This document shows positions 46,401 through 58,100 of a stretch of DNA of 64,000 nucleotides, in pieces; the first letter of the stretch is position 1, and each line of letters starts with the position of its first letter. A program made the translations under genes and the position numbers. The stretch spans positions 15,500,001 to 15,564,000 of the forward strand of contig JBHGNT010000006.1 of NCBI GenBank assembly GCA_043228905.1, in the 5' to 3' direction. Source of the stretch: Azolla caroliniana. Its lineage: Eukaryota > Plantae > Polypodiophyta. Under the pieces are notes generated by a model. That model was not told the origin of the DNA. It ran no database searches and saw only the letters and a list, made by a program, of their open reading frames with translations.

Positions 46401-46849
46401 CTGCCCTCTGGCAAGGGAGCCGCGACTGGCCTCACCTTCCAGTCCACAGTCTTGTACCTCGTGTCCACCCAGGCCATCCGATCCGACTCGAGCCCTCTAC
46501 TGAAGTCCGCGATGACTTCGTACATCTTTTCCGAACATACCGGAATCGTCCAGTCCTCTTTAAGGACTCCTCCGACTAGCTCCCGCAGCTCCCCCAAGGT
46601 ATCGATGAAAGAGACCGCCTCCACGGCTCCGTTGATTTCTTCTCCGAGGTCGAGGACGCCACATGCCCGAAGTCGCTCCTCCGCCCTTCTCTTCTTCCGG
46701 CCAACAACGTCAACTATTGTACACCCTTCGTTGTCGGAGAACCAAAATTCCCTACTTATAACACAGGTCTTCTTCGCTATCATACACTTGTGGGGTTTTC
46801 CCGGAGTGTCCGGACTATCACGGCCCCACGCCTTGATAGCCCTCTTCAA
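43413..46849 (-). pseudogene. Pol (RT with FLDD, RNase H, integrase), with stops and frameshifts
   Basis: NRWFTVLKKDGTLRFIQDLQPVN, LPQGGTNS, MPFLDDV, VTVDTSPTGIG, H..H..C..C, VDLVTMP, ADRGE and NGRLERGH. Confidence 0.9.
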
Positions 46850-48411
46850 AAATCCTCCTTGCTTTCACCCCCAAGGGTCTCGCGGTTCCTCTCATGGTTC
46901 GGTCTCACCGTCAGGAACTGGACCGAGTGACGCCCATCTTGGCTCTTGACCCTTGCATAGGCCGAGCCGTTGTCCAACACCTTGGTCTCCATCAGTGCTG
47001 CCGTGATGTACAGTTCTCCTAGTATAATCGGATGTGAGGACGTCTCCTGCACGAAGAAGTGCTGGTCAATCTTGACATCGCCGATCTTTACTCGTACGTT
47101 CGGGCAGGCTCCATGCAGTTCTTCGGTGGCACGCGTCGCCGCCCGTATTTTCCACCCGTGCTTGGTGTTGATCGGCCATTTTCCCTTCTTATAGAAGTCC
47201 ATGGACATCAAATTGATTTCTGAACCATGGTCCACCAACGCCACCACCGGTTCATGAACATCTCCGATCTTCACGGGGGTCTCCGTGGTCGCTCTGGCCC
47301 AGTGCGGCCTCGAATAGTGGCTCTCCGGCAACTCGTCTTCCAGCGCCATGTCCTCTATGTGCGTCGTCCGCACCTCCACCGGCTTCTCCGGTTCTGTCTC
47401 CGTCGACAGCCTCTTCCTCTTCACCAAGTCTACGATGGAGTCGTGGAACTCCTTCTTGGCGATCCCGAGCACTTCCCTCAAGGATAGCTCCACCTTGCTG
47501 TCGAGGATTCATTCTTCCAGGACCTTTCGCAGGTCCGTGGATCTTTCGATTTCTATGCCCAACCGGTACCCGCCCTTCTTGGGATTATCCTGGGCGCCGG
47601 TTGCAACGGCCTCATTCCGTCTTTGCCCGAATCGAGTTTCATATCGCTGCGAGGGCCCGGCCCCTCCGGTTTTCCCTACCCGCTTGTCCTCCACCAGAGC
47701 CCCGTAGTTTTGACAAGCGGCTTCGACGAAGCCCGTCTTTTCTTCCACCGGGTCACTCCACCCGGTTACCTCCCGGACCCGTTTTTCCGCTTGGTCCACC
47801 TCTTCTTTCCTCAGCCGTGCGCCGGCGAGGCCTTCCAGCATCGTCGGCCAGAACCCGGCTTTGTTCGTCTTCGGGGCCTCGCCACCTCTGACCCGAATAC
47901 CAGTTGATGCCGAGTAGTGGACGGTCTCCGCGTGACGAGCCGCCGCCTCCTCCATCAGCCTTTTCATACCCCCTCGCCCGACGTTCAAGTTCAGGGCCCT
48001 TTGGGTCTCGCTGGCATGCACCCGACCATTCCACATGTACACCACGTTGCTTCTCATCGCCTCCGCGAAGTCCTCGCAGTCCTTTCGGATGTGCCCAACC
48101 GTGTCACACCACATGCACCTATTTTCAACCAGAGGTCATCGGTCACGGGCTTGTTCGCCACCATCCCTCCATGCTTGGGCAATCTGGAGATCCCTTACCA
48201 TCCGCGTCAGCTCCTCCAGAGCTGCTCCCCCGGACGAGCCCTTGACCACACCGGTTGAAGCCGACCCGGTCTCGAGCCAATCTCGGGTCTCTTCCCTTCG
48301 CGTTGGTGGTGTTGGCTCGAGCTTCTTTGCTGCGATAGAGCCCGCCCCTATCGACCCTTTGTCAACCCATTCCCGCCGTTTGTCGAAACGGCCACAGACC
48401 CTTTTCACCAC
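46846..48411 (-). pseudogene. Gag C-terminal part (CCHC) and protease. The gag N-terminus lies at 53863-~54390
   Basis: CMWCDTVGHIRKDC knuckle and ALVDHGSEINL protease. Gag and PR share a frame across one TGA. Confidence 0.85.
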
Positions 48412-48416
48412 GGCCC

Positions 48417-51400
48417 TGTTGAGAAGCAAGCTCAACATGGTATGTGATGCTTATGAGAAATAAGCTATAGTAGCTATTTAGCTACTAGTGAACAAAAAGG
48501 TAAAACAGCTATTTAGCTAGTGACAGCTAATTAGCTAGTGAACAGCTATTTAGCGACTGACAGCTAATTAGCTACTGGCAGCTAATTAGCTGCATGTGTA
48601 ATAACTTATGACTTAGGTAAAAATAAGTGTGAGTGAATAGAAAAGTAAGTAGTAAGAAAAAACAGAGAATAGTGAGTAGAGAACTCTGAGAGAGTGAGAG
48701 ACCAGAAGACTGACGAGAGCAAGTTGAGCTCTACATGTAATAGAAGAAAACCATTTTGCTACTATAGAGGTAAGTCCCCTTTCCTTTCTCTGTCTGTTTA
48801 GAGCACGCTAACGATCCAGCACACTACGATCCGCCGCGCATACAAAAGAAGAGCCCGAGTGCCTTCTTCACGTTTTCTTAACATGGTATCAGAGCAGAGT
48901 AGCTCGTAAGGAAGAGTATAGCAGTGCCTTAATCTGAGAAAGTTATGTCTCTGGTTGCTGATCAGAAATCAGAAAGTTACTTGTTGAAGTAACTAAAGCA
49001 AAACCCTGGTTTTTTGGAAGGAAAAAAATGGCTGCAGAAAATGTAGGCCAAATGGTCACAGAGAAATTAGATAAAAACAATTTCCCGGCGTGGAAATTCA
49101 GAATGACAAACTTTCTGATGGGGAAAGGATACTGGGATTACATTGAAGGAGACCTAGAAGAGGCTCCAGAGATCCCAGAAGAGAATGCAACAGCTGCACA
49201 TATTAAGGCATTTAAAGATTGGAATCAAGGGGCAAGGAAAGTAATGCATTGGCTATCACTCAGCATCTCAGATTCAATGCTTGGGCATATACAAGATGCT
49301 ATGCTCCCAAAAGAAGCTTGGGACAACTTGGTAAAACTGTTTGCTGTGAACACAATGGCTAGAAAGCTCCAGTTAAAGACTGAGCTAAATACCTTGGAGA
49401 AAGGTAAGATGTCAATAAATGAATATGCCCTAAAAATCAAGAGTATATGTGAATCACTTGCTTCTATCAATGTGAAGATAGAAGATGATGACAAAGTGGA
49501 AATATGCTTAAGAGGCTTAGGACCTCAATACAAGAGTTTTAAAACTTCTATGCTCACAAGGGATAGTATCCCAAGTTTTTCAGATCTGGTCTCAATGCTT
49601 GTGGTAGAGGAAAGGAATCAGATGGATGATGCAAATAAAGGAAACTCAGAGAACGAGGGGCAAGCCCTCTATAATAATGCCGGAAGAGGCCGAGGAAGAG
49701 GCCATGGAAGATTTGGCTCAGGAAGAACCAATAATAATGGCTTTCAAGGAAGAGGACAACAAGCTCATAGAGGAGGAAACAACAACATAGGCAGGGGGAG
49801 CAACCGAGGTAGAGGTAAGCAAACTTATGTAAATGATGATGGCTGCTGGTATTGTGGTAAACTAGGCCATACACAGGCTGAATGTTACAAGAAACAAAAT
49901 GATGAGAAAAGAGGAAAAGGACAACAGAGTAACTATGCCTCTACTAGTGAAGATTGTGAAGAGGAAGGTGTTTTTGTAGTGCAACATGAGATAGCAGCAG
50001 TGGCTGAAAGCTCACAGAAATGTAATGAAGAGTTTACGTGGTATGTAGACTCGGGGGCATCTAACCATATGACTGGACATGCAAATTGGTTTGAGAGTTT
50101 AAGAGAACCAGAGGTTCCTGGTTATGTACAAACAGGTGATGACACAACTCACCAAATAAAACATGTTGGAGATATCCCATTGTGGGAAGAAAGAGGAAAA
50201 ACCAAGTATATGTTGAATGTGATGCATGTTCCAAACTTTGCTAAGAATCTGATTTCTGTTGGACAGATTGTAGAGCAAGGTATGCAAGTGAAGTTTAAGC
50301 AAAGTGGATGCTATATAGAAAAGAATGGGAAGCTCATTGCAAAAGGGAAGAGACAAGGAAGAATGTTTATCTTGGATGTAGAAATGCCCAAACAGATTTC
50401 AGCCATGTTTGCAAATGGAACGAGTGTAATCTCAGATGTGGAAATGTGGCATAAAAGGATTGGCCATATAAGTATGCAAACATTAAAGAATATGTTGAGA
50501 AAAGATGCAGTGGCTGGACTGCCGAACTTGAAAAAGTGTGAAATGGGAAAAGTATGTGAAGCATGTCAATATGGTAAGCAAAACAGGTTGCCATTCCCTC
50601 ATGAGAGACATGTAAGCAAAAATCTGTTGGATTTGGTACATACAGATGTATGGGGACCAACAAAGAATGCATCTATTGGTGGATGCAGATTTTATGTTAC
50701 ATTTATTGATGATTGTTCACGGAAGACATGGGTGTACTTCATGAAGGAGAAAAGTGAAGTATTTGACTGTTTTCGTAAGTTTAAATGCATGGTAGAAAAG
50801 CAGGCTGGTACAAGGATAAAATGTTTGAGATCTGATGGAGGAGGAGAGTATTTCTCCAATGAATTTTCTGATTTTTTGTGTAATCAGGGAATAAGAAGAC
50901 AGTTCACATGCCGATATACTCCACAGCAAAATGGAGTTGCTGAGAGGAAAAACAGAACTTTGGTGAACATAGCAAGGGCAATGATGACTGAGAAGAACAT
51001 GCCATTATACTATTGGGCAGAAGCTGTAAATACAGCAAATTACATTTTAAATAGATGTATTACATCAGGAGTACATGAGGCAACTCCTGAAGAGTGTTTT
51101 TATGGCAGGAAGCCTAGCTTACAACACTTGAAAGTGTTTGGATGCCTTGCATATGTACATGTGCCTGCAGAAGTAAGAAGTAAGTTGGATCCAAAAGCAG
51201 AAAAATGTATCTTTGTTGGATATTCAGAAGAACAAAAAGGGTACAGATGTTATAACCCTGTGACTAAAAAGATTGTGACAAGTCGAGATGTGATATTTGA
51301 TGAGTTGGCTAGTTGGTACAGCCCAAAACAGAATCTAGAGACTGATGAAGACTGTCAAGATGAAGACAAAGATAGATCAGAAAATGTAGAAGACTGTCAC

Positions 51401-53857
51401 AGAGATGGAGACAAGGTTGGACAGCAAAGTCCAACATCAACAGAATGTTCTGGACCATCAAAAAGCTCAGATGGTAAATCTGATTCAAATTCATGGAGTG
51501 GAAAAACTGGACAGAAAAAATCTGATGACAAAAAAGGAAAACAGAAAATGCCAGAGTATGAAATCCCGGATGACCTATCAAAAAACATGGAAGATGAAGA
51601 TTCAGATATGTCTTTGGATGATTTCCTTGGAATACAGGAAATGAAAATCCCTGGTATGGAAAAGGCAATAAAGAATGCAAATCAGAAACTAAGAAGATCA
51701 GATAGAGAGAAAAAGACTGTGGAAAGATTTGGGTATGATACATATATGGCTATGCACTATGCATATATGTCTAAGGTGGTACAGATCCCTGACCCAAACA
51801 GCTTTGAAGAAGCAAAATCTGAGAAGAAATGGATGGATGCAATGCAAGAAGAGATTGATGCATTGGCTGAGAACAAAACGTGGGATTTAGTGAAGTTACC
51901 AAAAGAGAAAAATGTGGTAGGCTGCAAATGGGTCTACAAGACAAAGCATGACTCCAATGGGAATGTAAGTAGACATAAAGCAAGATTGGTTGCAAAAGGA
52001 TATGCTCAGATGCAAGGGATTGATTATTATGAGACTTTTGCACCGGTTGCAAAGATGGCAACCTTGAGAACACTACTTGCTGTAGGAGCAGCCAGAAAAT
52101 GGATTTTGCATCACATGGATGTAAAAAATGCTTTTTTACATGGTAACTTGGAAGAAGAAGTGTATATGAGTCAACCACCAGGTTTTGAAGATAAGAAACA
52201 TCCTGGTTATGTATGTAAGCTGAAAAAAACTCTCTATGGACTGAAACAGGCACCAAGAGCATGGCACAGAGAACTTTCAGATTCTCTGAAAAATCTTGGT
52301 TTCAAAATGTCAAAAGCTGATCCTTCCTTGTATGTAAAAAGTGAAAATGATTGCATTGTTATTATTCTGATTTATGTAGATGATTTGATTATTGGAGGAG
52401 ATTCCGTGGATGAAATAAGAAAGTTGGAAAAAAATCTTGAAATGCAGTTTCATATGAAAGATTTGGGAGATCTGAGATATTTTCTTGGTATTGAAATCAT
52501 CAGATCTGAAAGTGGTATATGTATGTTGCAAAAACAGTATGCAACTATGTTGAAAAAGTATGGTATGCTTGGATGCAAACCTATTGCTGTACCACTTGAT
52601 AAAAACTGCAAGTTGAGGGTTGATTTGGGAGCCAAGATAGAAGATGTAAACATGTACAGGTCTATGGTGGGCAGCCTTATTTATTTGACTATAACAAGAC
52701 CTGATTTGAGCTATGTTGTTGGATTAGTCAGCCAGTTTATGCAACAGCCAACAAAGCCACATTTGGACTGCATCAGAAGGATTCTGAGGTATGTAAAAGC
52801 AACTCAGAACTTTGGACTATTTTACAGGGCTGATCTAGACATAAATCTGGAAGGATATACAGATGCTGATTGGGCTGGAAGCCAAACAGACAGGAGATCC
52901 ACAAGTGGATACATGTTTACCTTGGGAAGTGCAGGAATTTCATGGAGTAGCAAGAAACAGGCTACTGTTGCATTGTCCAGTACAGAAGCTGAGTATAGAG
53001 GGGCTGCAATAGCCACATGTGAAGAAGTATGGATCAGAAGACTGCTTGCTGATCTGGGAGTATATATAGATGGTGCTGTCACAATTTGGTGTGACAATAT
53101 GAGCAGCATTCAGCTTGCAAAGAACCCAGTGTTCCATGCAAGAACAAAGCACATTGAGGTGCATTATCACTTTGTTAGAGAAAAAGTGATGGAAGGTGAA
53201 GTTGATCTGGTGTATGTGAATACAAATCAGCAGGTTGCTGATATCCTTACGAAGGGATTGAGTGTGGAAAAACATACACAGTTTCGGAACATGATGGGAG
53301 TTGTAAACATTGATGAGATGGCTAAAAAGCAAAATGGAAAAGAAGATTGAAGAGAACCTCAAGCAAGAATAAGTTGAGCTTGAGGGGGAGTGTTGAGAAG
53401 CAAGCTCAACATGGTATGTGATGCTTATGAGAAATAAGCTATAGTAGCTATTTAGCTACTAGTGAACAAAAAGGTAAAACAGCTATTTAGCTAGTGACAG
53501 CTAATTAGCTAGTGAACAGCTATTTAGCGACTGACAGCTAATTAGCTACTGGCAGCTAATTAGCTGCATGTGTAATAACTTATGACTTAGGTAAAAATAA
53601 GTGTGAGTGAATAGAAAAGTAAGTAGTAAGAAAAAACAGAGAATAGTGAGTAGAGAACTCTGAGAGAGTGAGAGACCAGAAGACTGACGAGAGCAAGTTG
53701 AGCTCTACATGTAATAGAAGAAAACCATTTTGCTACTATAGAGGTAAGTCCCCTTTCCTTTCTCTGTCTGTTTAGAGCACGCTAACGATCCAGCACACTA
53801 CGATCCGCCGCGCATACAAAAGAAGAGCCCGAGTGCCTTCTTCACGTTTTCTTAACA
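48417..53857 (+). mobile_element. Intact, apparently very young Ty1/Copia retrotransposon (5441 bp)
   Basis: 467-bp LTRs at 48417-48883 and 53391-53857 with no difference noticed by eye. TSD GGCCC. PBS TGGTATCAGAGC abuts the LTR. PPT GAGGGGGAG. Confidence 0.97.
49028..53350 (+). CDS. Copia Gag-Pol polyprotein (gag, CCHC, PR, IN, RT, RNase H), 1440 aa
   Basis: Uninterrupted ORF with CWYCGKLGHTQAEC, VDSGASNH, HTDVWG, SDGGGEY, NGVAERKN, YVDD, YTDADWAG and ADILTK. Confidence 0.97.
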   Translation: MAAENVGQMVTEKLDKNNFPAWKFRMTNFLMGKGYWDYIEGDLEEAPEIPEENATAAHIKAFKDWNQGARKVMHWLSLSISDSMLGHIQDAMLPKEAWDNLVKLFAVNTMARKLQLKTELNTLEKGKMSINEYALKIKSICESLASINVKIEDDDKVEICLRGLGPQYKSFKTSMLTRDSIPSFSDLVSMLVVEERNQMDDANKGNSENEGQALYNNAGRGRGRGHGRFGSGRTNNNGFQGRGQQAHRGGNNNIGRGSNRGRGKQTYVNDDGCWYCGKLGHTQAECYKKQNDEKRGKGQQSNYASTSEDCEEEGVFVVQHEIAAVAESSQKCNEEFTWYVDSGASNHMTGHANWFESLREPEVPGYVQTGDDTTHQIKHVGDIPLWEERGKTKYMLNVMHVPNFAKNLISVGQIVEQGMQVKFKQSGCYIEKNGKLIAKGKRQGRMFILDVEMPKQISAMFANGTSVISDVEMWHKRIGHISMQTLKNMLRKDAVAGLPNLKKCEMGKVCEACQYGKQNRLPFPHERHVSKNLLDLVHTDVWGPTKNASIGGCRFYVTFIDDCSRKTWVYFMKEKSEVFDCFRKFKCMVEKQAGTRIKCLRSDGGGEYFSNEFSDFLCNQGIRRQFTCRYTPQQNGVAERKNRTLVNIARAMMTEKNMPLYYWAEAVNTANYILNRCITSGVHEATPEECFYGRKPSLQHLKVFGCLAYVHVPAEVRSKLDPKAEKCIFVGYSEEQKGYRCYNPVTKKIVTSRDVIFDELASWYSPKQNLETDEDCQDEDKDRSENVEDCHRDGDKVGQQSPTSTECSGPSKSSDGKSDSNSWSGKTGQKKSDDKKGKQKMPEYEIPDDLSKNMEDEDSDMSLDDFLGIQEMKIPGMEKAIKNANQKLRRSDREKKTVERFGYDTYMAMHYAYMSKVVQIPDPNSFEEAKSEKKWMDAMQEEIDALAENKTWDLVKLPKEKNVVGCKWVYKTKHDSNGNVSRHKARLVAKGYAQMQGIDYYETFAPVAKMATLRTLLAVGAARKWILHHMDVKNAFLHGNLEEEVYMSQPPGFEDKKHPGYVCKLKKTLYGLKQAPRAWHRELSDSLKNLGFKMSKADPSLYVKSENDCIVIILIYVDDLIIGGDSVDEIRKLEKNLEMQFHMKDLGDLRYFLGIEIIRSESGICMLQKQYATMLKKYGMLGCKPIAVPLDKNCKLRVDLGAKIEDVNMYRSMVGSLIYLTITRPDLSYVVGLVSQFMQQPTKPHLDCIRRILRYVKATQNFGLFYRADLDINLEGYTDADWAGSQTDRRSTSGYMFTLGSAGISWSSKKQATVALSSTEAEYRGAAIATCEEVWIRRLLADLGVYIDGAVTIWCDNMSSIQLAKNPVFHARTKHIEVHYHFVREKVMEGEVDLVYVNTNQQVADILTKGLSVEKHTQFRNMMGVVNIDEMAKKQNGKED

Positions 53858-55159
53858 GGCCCAGTCGGCCATCAGCCCGTCATCAGTCTCCAATAGGAGG
53901 CCTACCTACTCCCGATCCTGCTCATCAACCGACTTAACAAACAATAGGACACGGCTTGTGTCCAGAACGGTCCGGTCAAGCACCGAGAGGCGCGCGAAGC
54001 GTTCCTCAAACTCCCGAAGGAGCACTGACGCGTTCCTTCCTTTGTCGGGGGTCTCCACCCACTCCATGAAGTCCCGCTTCGAAAGTCGAAGCGCATCTTC
54101 AAGCCCGTATCTTTCGAGGAGCCGACCTTCGAACTCCTCCCAGGTCCGGCTCTCGGCCCATACCTCGAGCACCTCCGTGTGGATACCCGGCATCGCCACT
54201 CGAGGGAATCCGGCTAGACGCCTCTCTTTCGGAATGTCCCTCATTACCATCTCAGCCTAGTAGGACGCCAAGTAGCTCGTGGCATCCTTTCCACTAAACT
54301 GGCTGATCGTACCGACAACGCCTCGATAGCCCTATCAAGGGCGCCGGTGCCTTTGTGCGCACTCACTATACGGTCTACACCCGAAGCCATGGCTTCTGCA
54401 AGGTCCAACCCCCTCATCTTCTACTCCTCTGCCGCCTGTTCACGTCGGGTTAACCAAATATGTCGCGTTGTTACGCGCGTGGGCGGAGAACAAGGCGGGA
54501 CCACTGGGGTCTTGGACCGAGGAATAGGTGAGGAAGAAAAAAGAGAGAGAGAGAGAGAGAGACGCTCACTCACGTACAGACAAAGAAGCGCACAGGGATG
54601 CGTCACAACAACGCAGGAGACGCGAGTTGAGAACACTAGAGTGTGTTATGTAAATATAGGCATGTATTTGTATGTATGCAGACAAATCAAACGGTTACAG
54701 CCGACCAGGTCGACGAGGTGGATGCCGACGCCTGATCACCCACGCACACAGTAGAGCAAGATGGAGATTCTCCCGGAAGCACACGGGCGTTCCACGGAGC
54801 AGAATCAACCTCCTGAGAGCTTGCGCAAAAGAAAGCTATGGAGAACGATAGAGAAGAAGAGCTCGGTCCCAGTCCGACAGCACTTCCTTCCCTCTAGCGC
54901 GTGATCCCTTTCTCTCCCCCGTCTCCCTCTCTTTTATAGCTCAAGGAGGGAGGCCGTTTCACCCGTTTACATCACATTAACTCTCTGTCCTTTCGGACAG
55001 AGATACTCCTCGATTTACCTTATAGAATATTGCTACCTAGGATTTAACCTTTGTGCCTACCTATCTACTATACGACAAGGGACGTGCCCACGTGTAAGGG
55101 CCGGTTCACACACACTATACACGGTTTGCGCCTGGGGACGGTTTTCTTCACGACACCGT

Positions 55160-58100
55160 GCTGTCTTGTGTAATCTCTGTACTATTCATAAGTGCATCTC
55201 TAGAAGTGTAGGGTAAGAGTCAGGGTAGTAGCGCACTCAGGTCCTCAGTTGTAGCCATGAACCTTCACCCATAGATACACATTATTATGCAACCAACGTA
55301 GTATGGCTCATGCCTCGTGTAACGGCATACCTTGCCACGCAATCCCCTTGAGGTCTATCTCGACGGACTGAAGATAGGCAGTGTTCCGTATCGGTAACAC
55401 GTTTGGCACACCCGGTGATCTGTGATTTCTCGCAGACGAACAACAAGGGATGGATGTCTAGCCGTAGAAGACCTAGAGAACCGACCTGGCAAGACCGACC
55501 ACTCACGAGGTTCATCACACGCCAGACAGAGGAGTGCGCAAAGCAAAAACCTCGCTTTAGTATTCCCTTCAGGAATACAAATCGACTCCACTCTCACAGA
55601 ACACCAAGACGTCAAGCAGGAAGTCCTGTCACTACACGAGGATCGTGATCTTTCCCTGCCCACCATAGCGTCCGGAATGGCCTTCTCCTATCCACGCTTC
55701 AACAGCAAAATAGACGCCGCAAGCCACACCCAATTGTTCCTGAATGTTTGGAACGCTAATCACATGGCGTGTTACCCCGTACGAGATGTACGGAGAGTCA
55801 AGTGTGATGAGCGATGGTCGAATGTTATCATGATGTTGTGTATGTGTAGGGGGTATAAATGTAGTTGTGAGTCTATACGTATGTGAACACATGCACATGT
55901 GTGTGCATGTGGATGGATACGAGGAGGTGTGAGTGAGTGTCCAGTATGAATGCTAAATGGGGCTTACACCCCAATATATCTACCCCCTCTTGTACTATTT
56001 AACCCCTTATGGGGAATGAATGAAACATGAATGATCATTTTCTCTCTCAATCTCTCGCTCTCTTGTCATCTCTCTTTCTCTCTCTCTCTCCCCCTCAACG
56101 TTGAATCCCCTTGGGAGGGGGGTGGAGCCATTCTAGGCACCACCCCCACCCCGCAATGCTTCTCAATGCACATGATCTCTCTCGCCATCAATCCCATACT
56201 CTCCATCATCATCATAACCATCATGTCTATCTTTATCATCATTATCATCGTCCTTAACCCTAACCCTAAAACGAATCCGTGGTCGCCAAAAACTGTGTTA
56301 ATCCTGACACAGGGTGTCCACTTAAGACACTTCACCAAAGGGTGTTACGGCAAGATGACTTACGACACAATGCTTAATTAGACCTTAATTGGTTACTTAG
56401 CAATACGTCATTAACACGCGTAAGATATAACAATGAGTACAGAACGGTAATCAATACTGAAAGGTTAAGGCAATAAGTTCTATTAATTATCCGTTGTCAA
56501 TTACATTGTAACTGGGCCTTTATATAGGTCTCCAGTGCGAAGTACAAAACGGTGCCAACCGGCACCTATTCAGAATCGGTCCGGATCCGGATCGACATAT
56601 CGATTCCGATTCGTCCGTCCATATTAATAAAATAATTACAACAGTTCTCAAATAAACTATTCCTTTCACACTCTGGTCTGGACATCCTTAAGCCTTCTTG
56701 CCGGCCGGGTAACATGGCGCAATGACTTCCAGTACCAGAAGGGCATGAATCGAAGATTGCAGAGTTTGGATTAACTCTGAATGGGAGAGTAGTGTGTTGG
56801 CACTCTCAGATGGACCTGGCAGCAATCACGACCTTTGATTAGTTGCAATAAGCATTTTTGCAATTTTTTCATAGAAGGGTACCGCAACAAGAGATTATTG
56901 AGCAATTTTACACCATCAAGCAATCCCCAACAAAATCCGTCGCGGATTTTAGTCTACGATTCCAAAATTTACGACGGCAGCTTACACACCCCAACAGATG
57001 AGGAAGCTAAGGAGACATTTTTGGCAGCCCTCCAACGACCGATTAGAATGACGCTGAACACGCATAGTCTGAAAGGGGAAACAACCAATATGGTTATAGA
57101 GCGAGCCTTACAACTCGAATTGGAAGAAGAAGATGACAGATTTCCCGCCAGGCTATTCAATGCACGATCTGTCTCAACTTTGGGCATTCTGCGGTGGAAC
57201 GCAATATGCGAATTCATTACCCAATTTGTCACTCAAAGGCACACACGGTCGAGCAGTGTGAATACAATATGCTTAATAGACCTACACCCACAGTACGACA
57301 CGTAGAACCATAGAGGCCACTTTGTCAAAATGATCAAGGGCGAAAAGAGGAACGACCCCGATATACGGAACGAAATCCGCGCAAAGATCGTCATTACCGT
57401 AATCACCGAAACAACAACTTATATTCCGATGAAGAGGAATTGGAGGACGAAGAATATCGGGGCAACAACCGATATAATAAAGGGGGGCGTCGTTATAACA
57501 ATCGACGTTTTACAACCAATCGCGAGGGATTCAATGGACCACGACCACAAGGACATAATAGGCATTACAAGGACCGACATCGGTATGACGAAAGTTCAGA
57601 AGATGAACGGCGCCATGAGACACATCACGAACCCCGACACCCACCATTGAATAACAGGAGGTTTCAACAAAACCAAGATGAACAAGCAATAGCCACGTAA
57701 ATGGCTACACCACTAGAGAGAGAGAGATAGGTGAGTCCAATGTCCATTGTTTCGTATGCCAACAACCCGGACATTACACGACTCAGTGTCCACTTCGCAA
57801 AGGCAAAGGACCCACCATAAATATGATTATGATGGAAGTTCAACAAGTGACAACATGGCAGCAAACCAAGAACACTGACTGGACTATGCAAGAGGAGATA
57901 CGCAAAGCAGCCCAAGCTTGGGTAGAAAAAGCTAACGCGGCAACTACGGAACGTATGAGGTAGGAATCCGCAAACAACTTACCCAGGGGAGAAGATACGA
58001 CATCATCAGATTCCATATGGCAGGCACAGGCGAACTGCAAGATAACGATGACCATGGAGAAGCTCCTTTGACTGGTTCCGAAGTTCCGACAAACAGTGGA

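Larger units (their letters stand above)
42648..55155 (-). mobile_element. Full-length decayed Gypsy-type element with tRNA-Trp PBS. LTRs 42648-43337 and 54461-55155; carries a nested Copia
   Basis: Matching ~690-bp LTRs (TGTCG...CGACA). 4-bp TSD CCGT at 42644-42647 and 55156-55159. PBS TGGTTAACCCGACGTGAA (54439-54456, minus). PPT AGGTGGGGGCGGA. Order is gag-PR-RT-RH-IN. Confidence 0.92.

Noticed and set aside
55275-55305. PBS for the decayed Gypsy
   Set aside because: Too degenerate to assign a tRNA or a precise LTR end.
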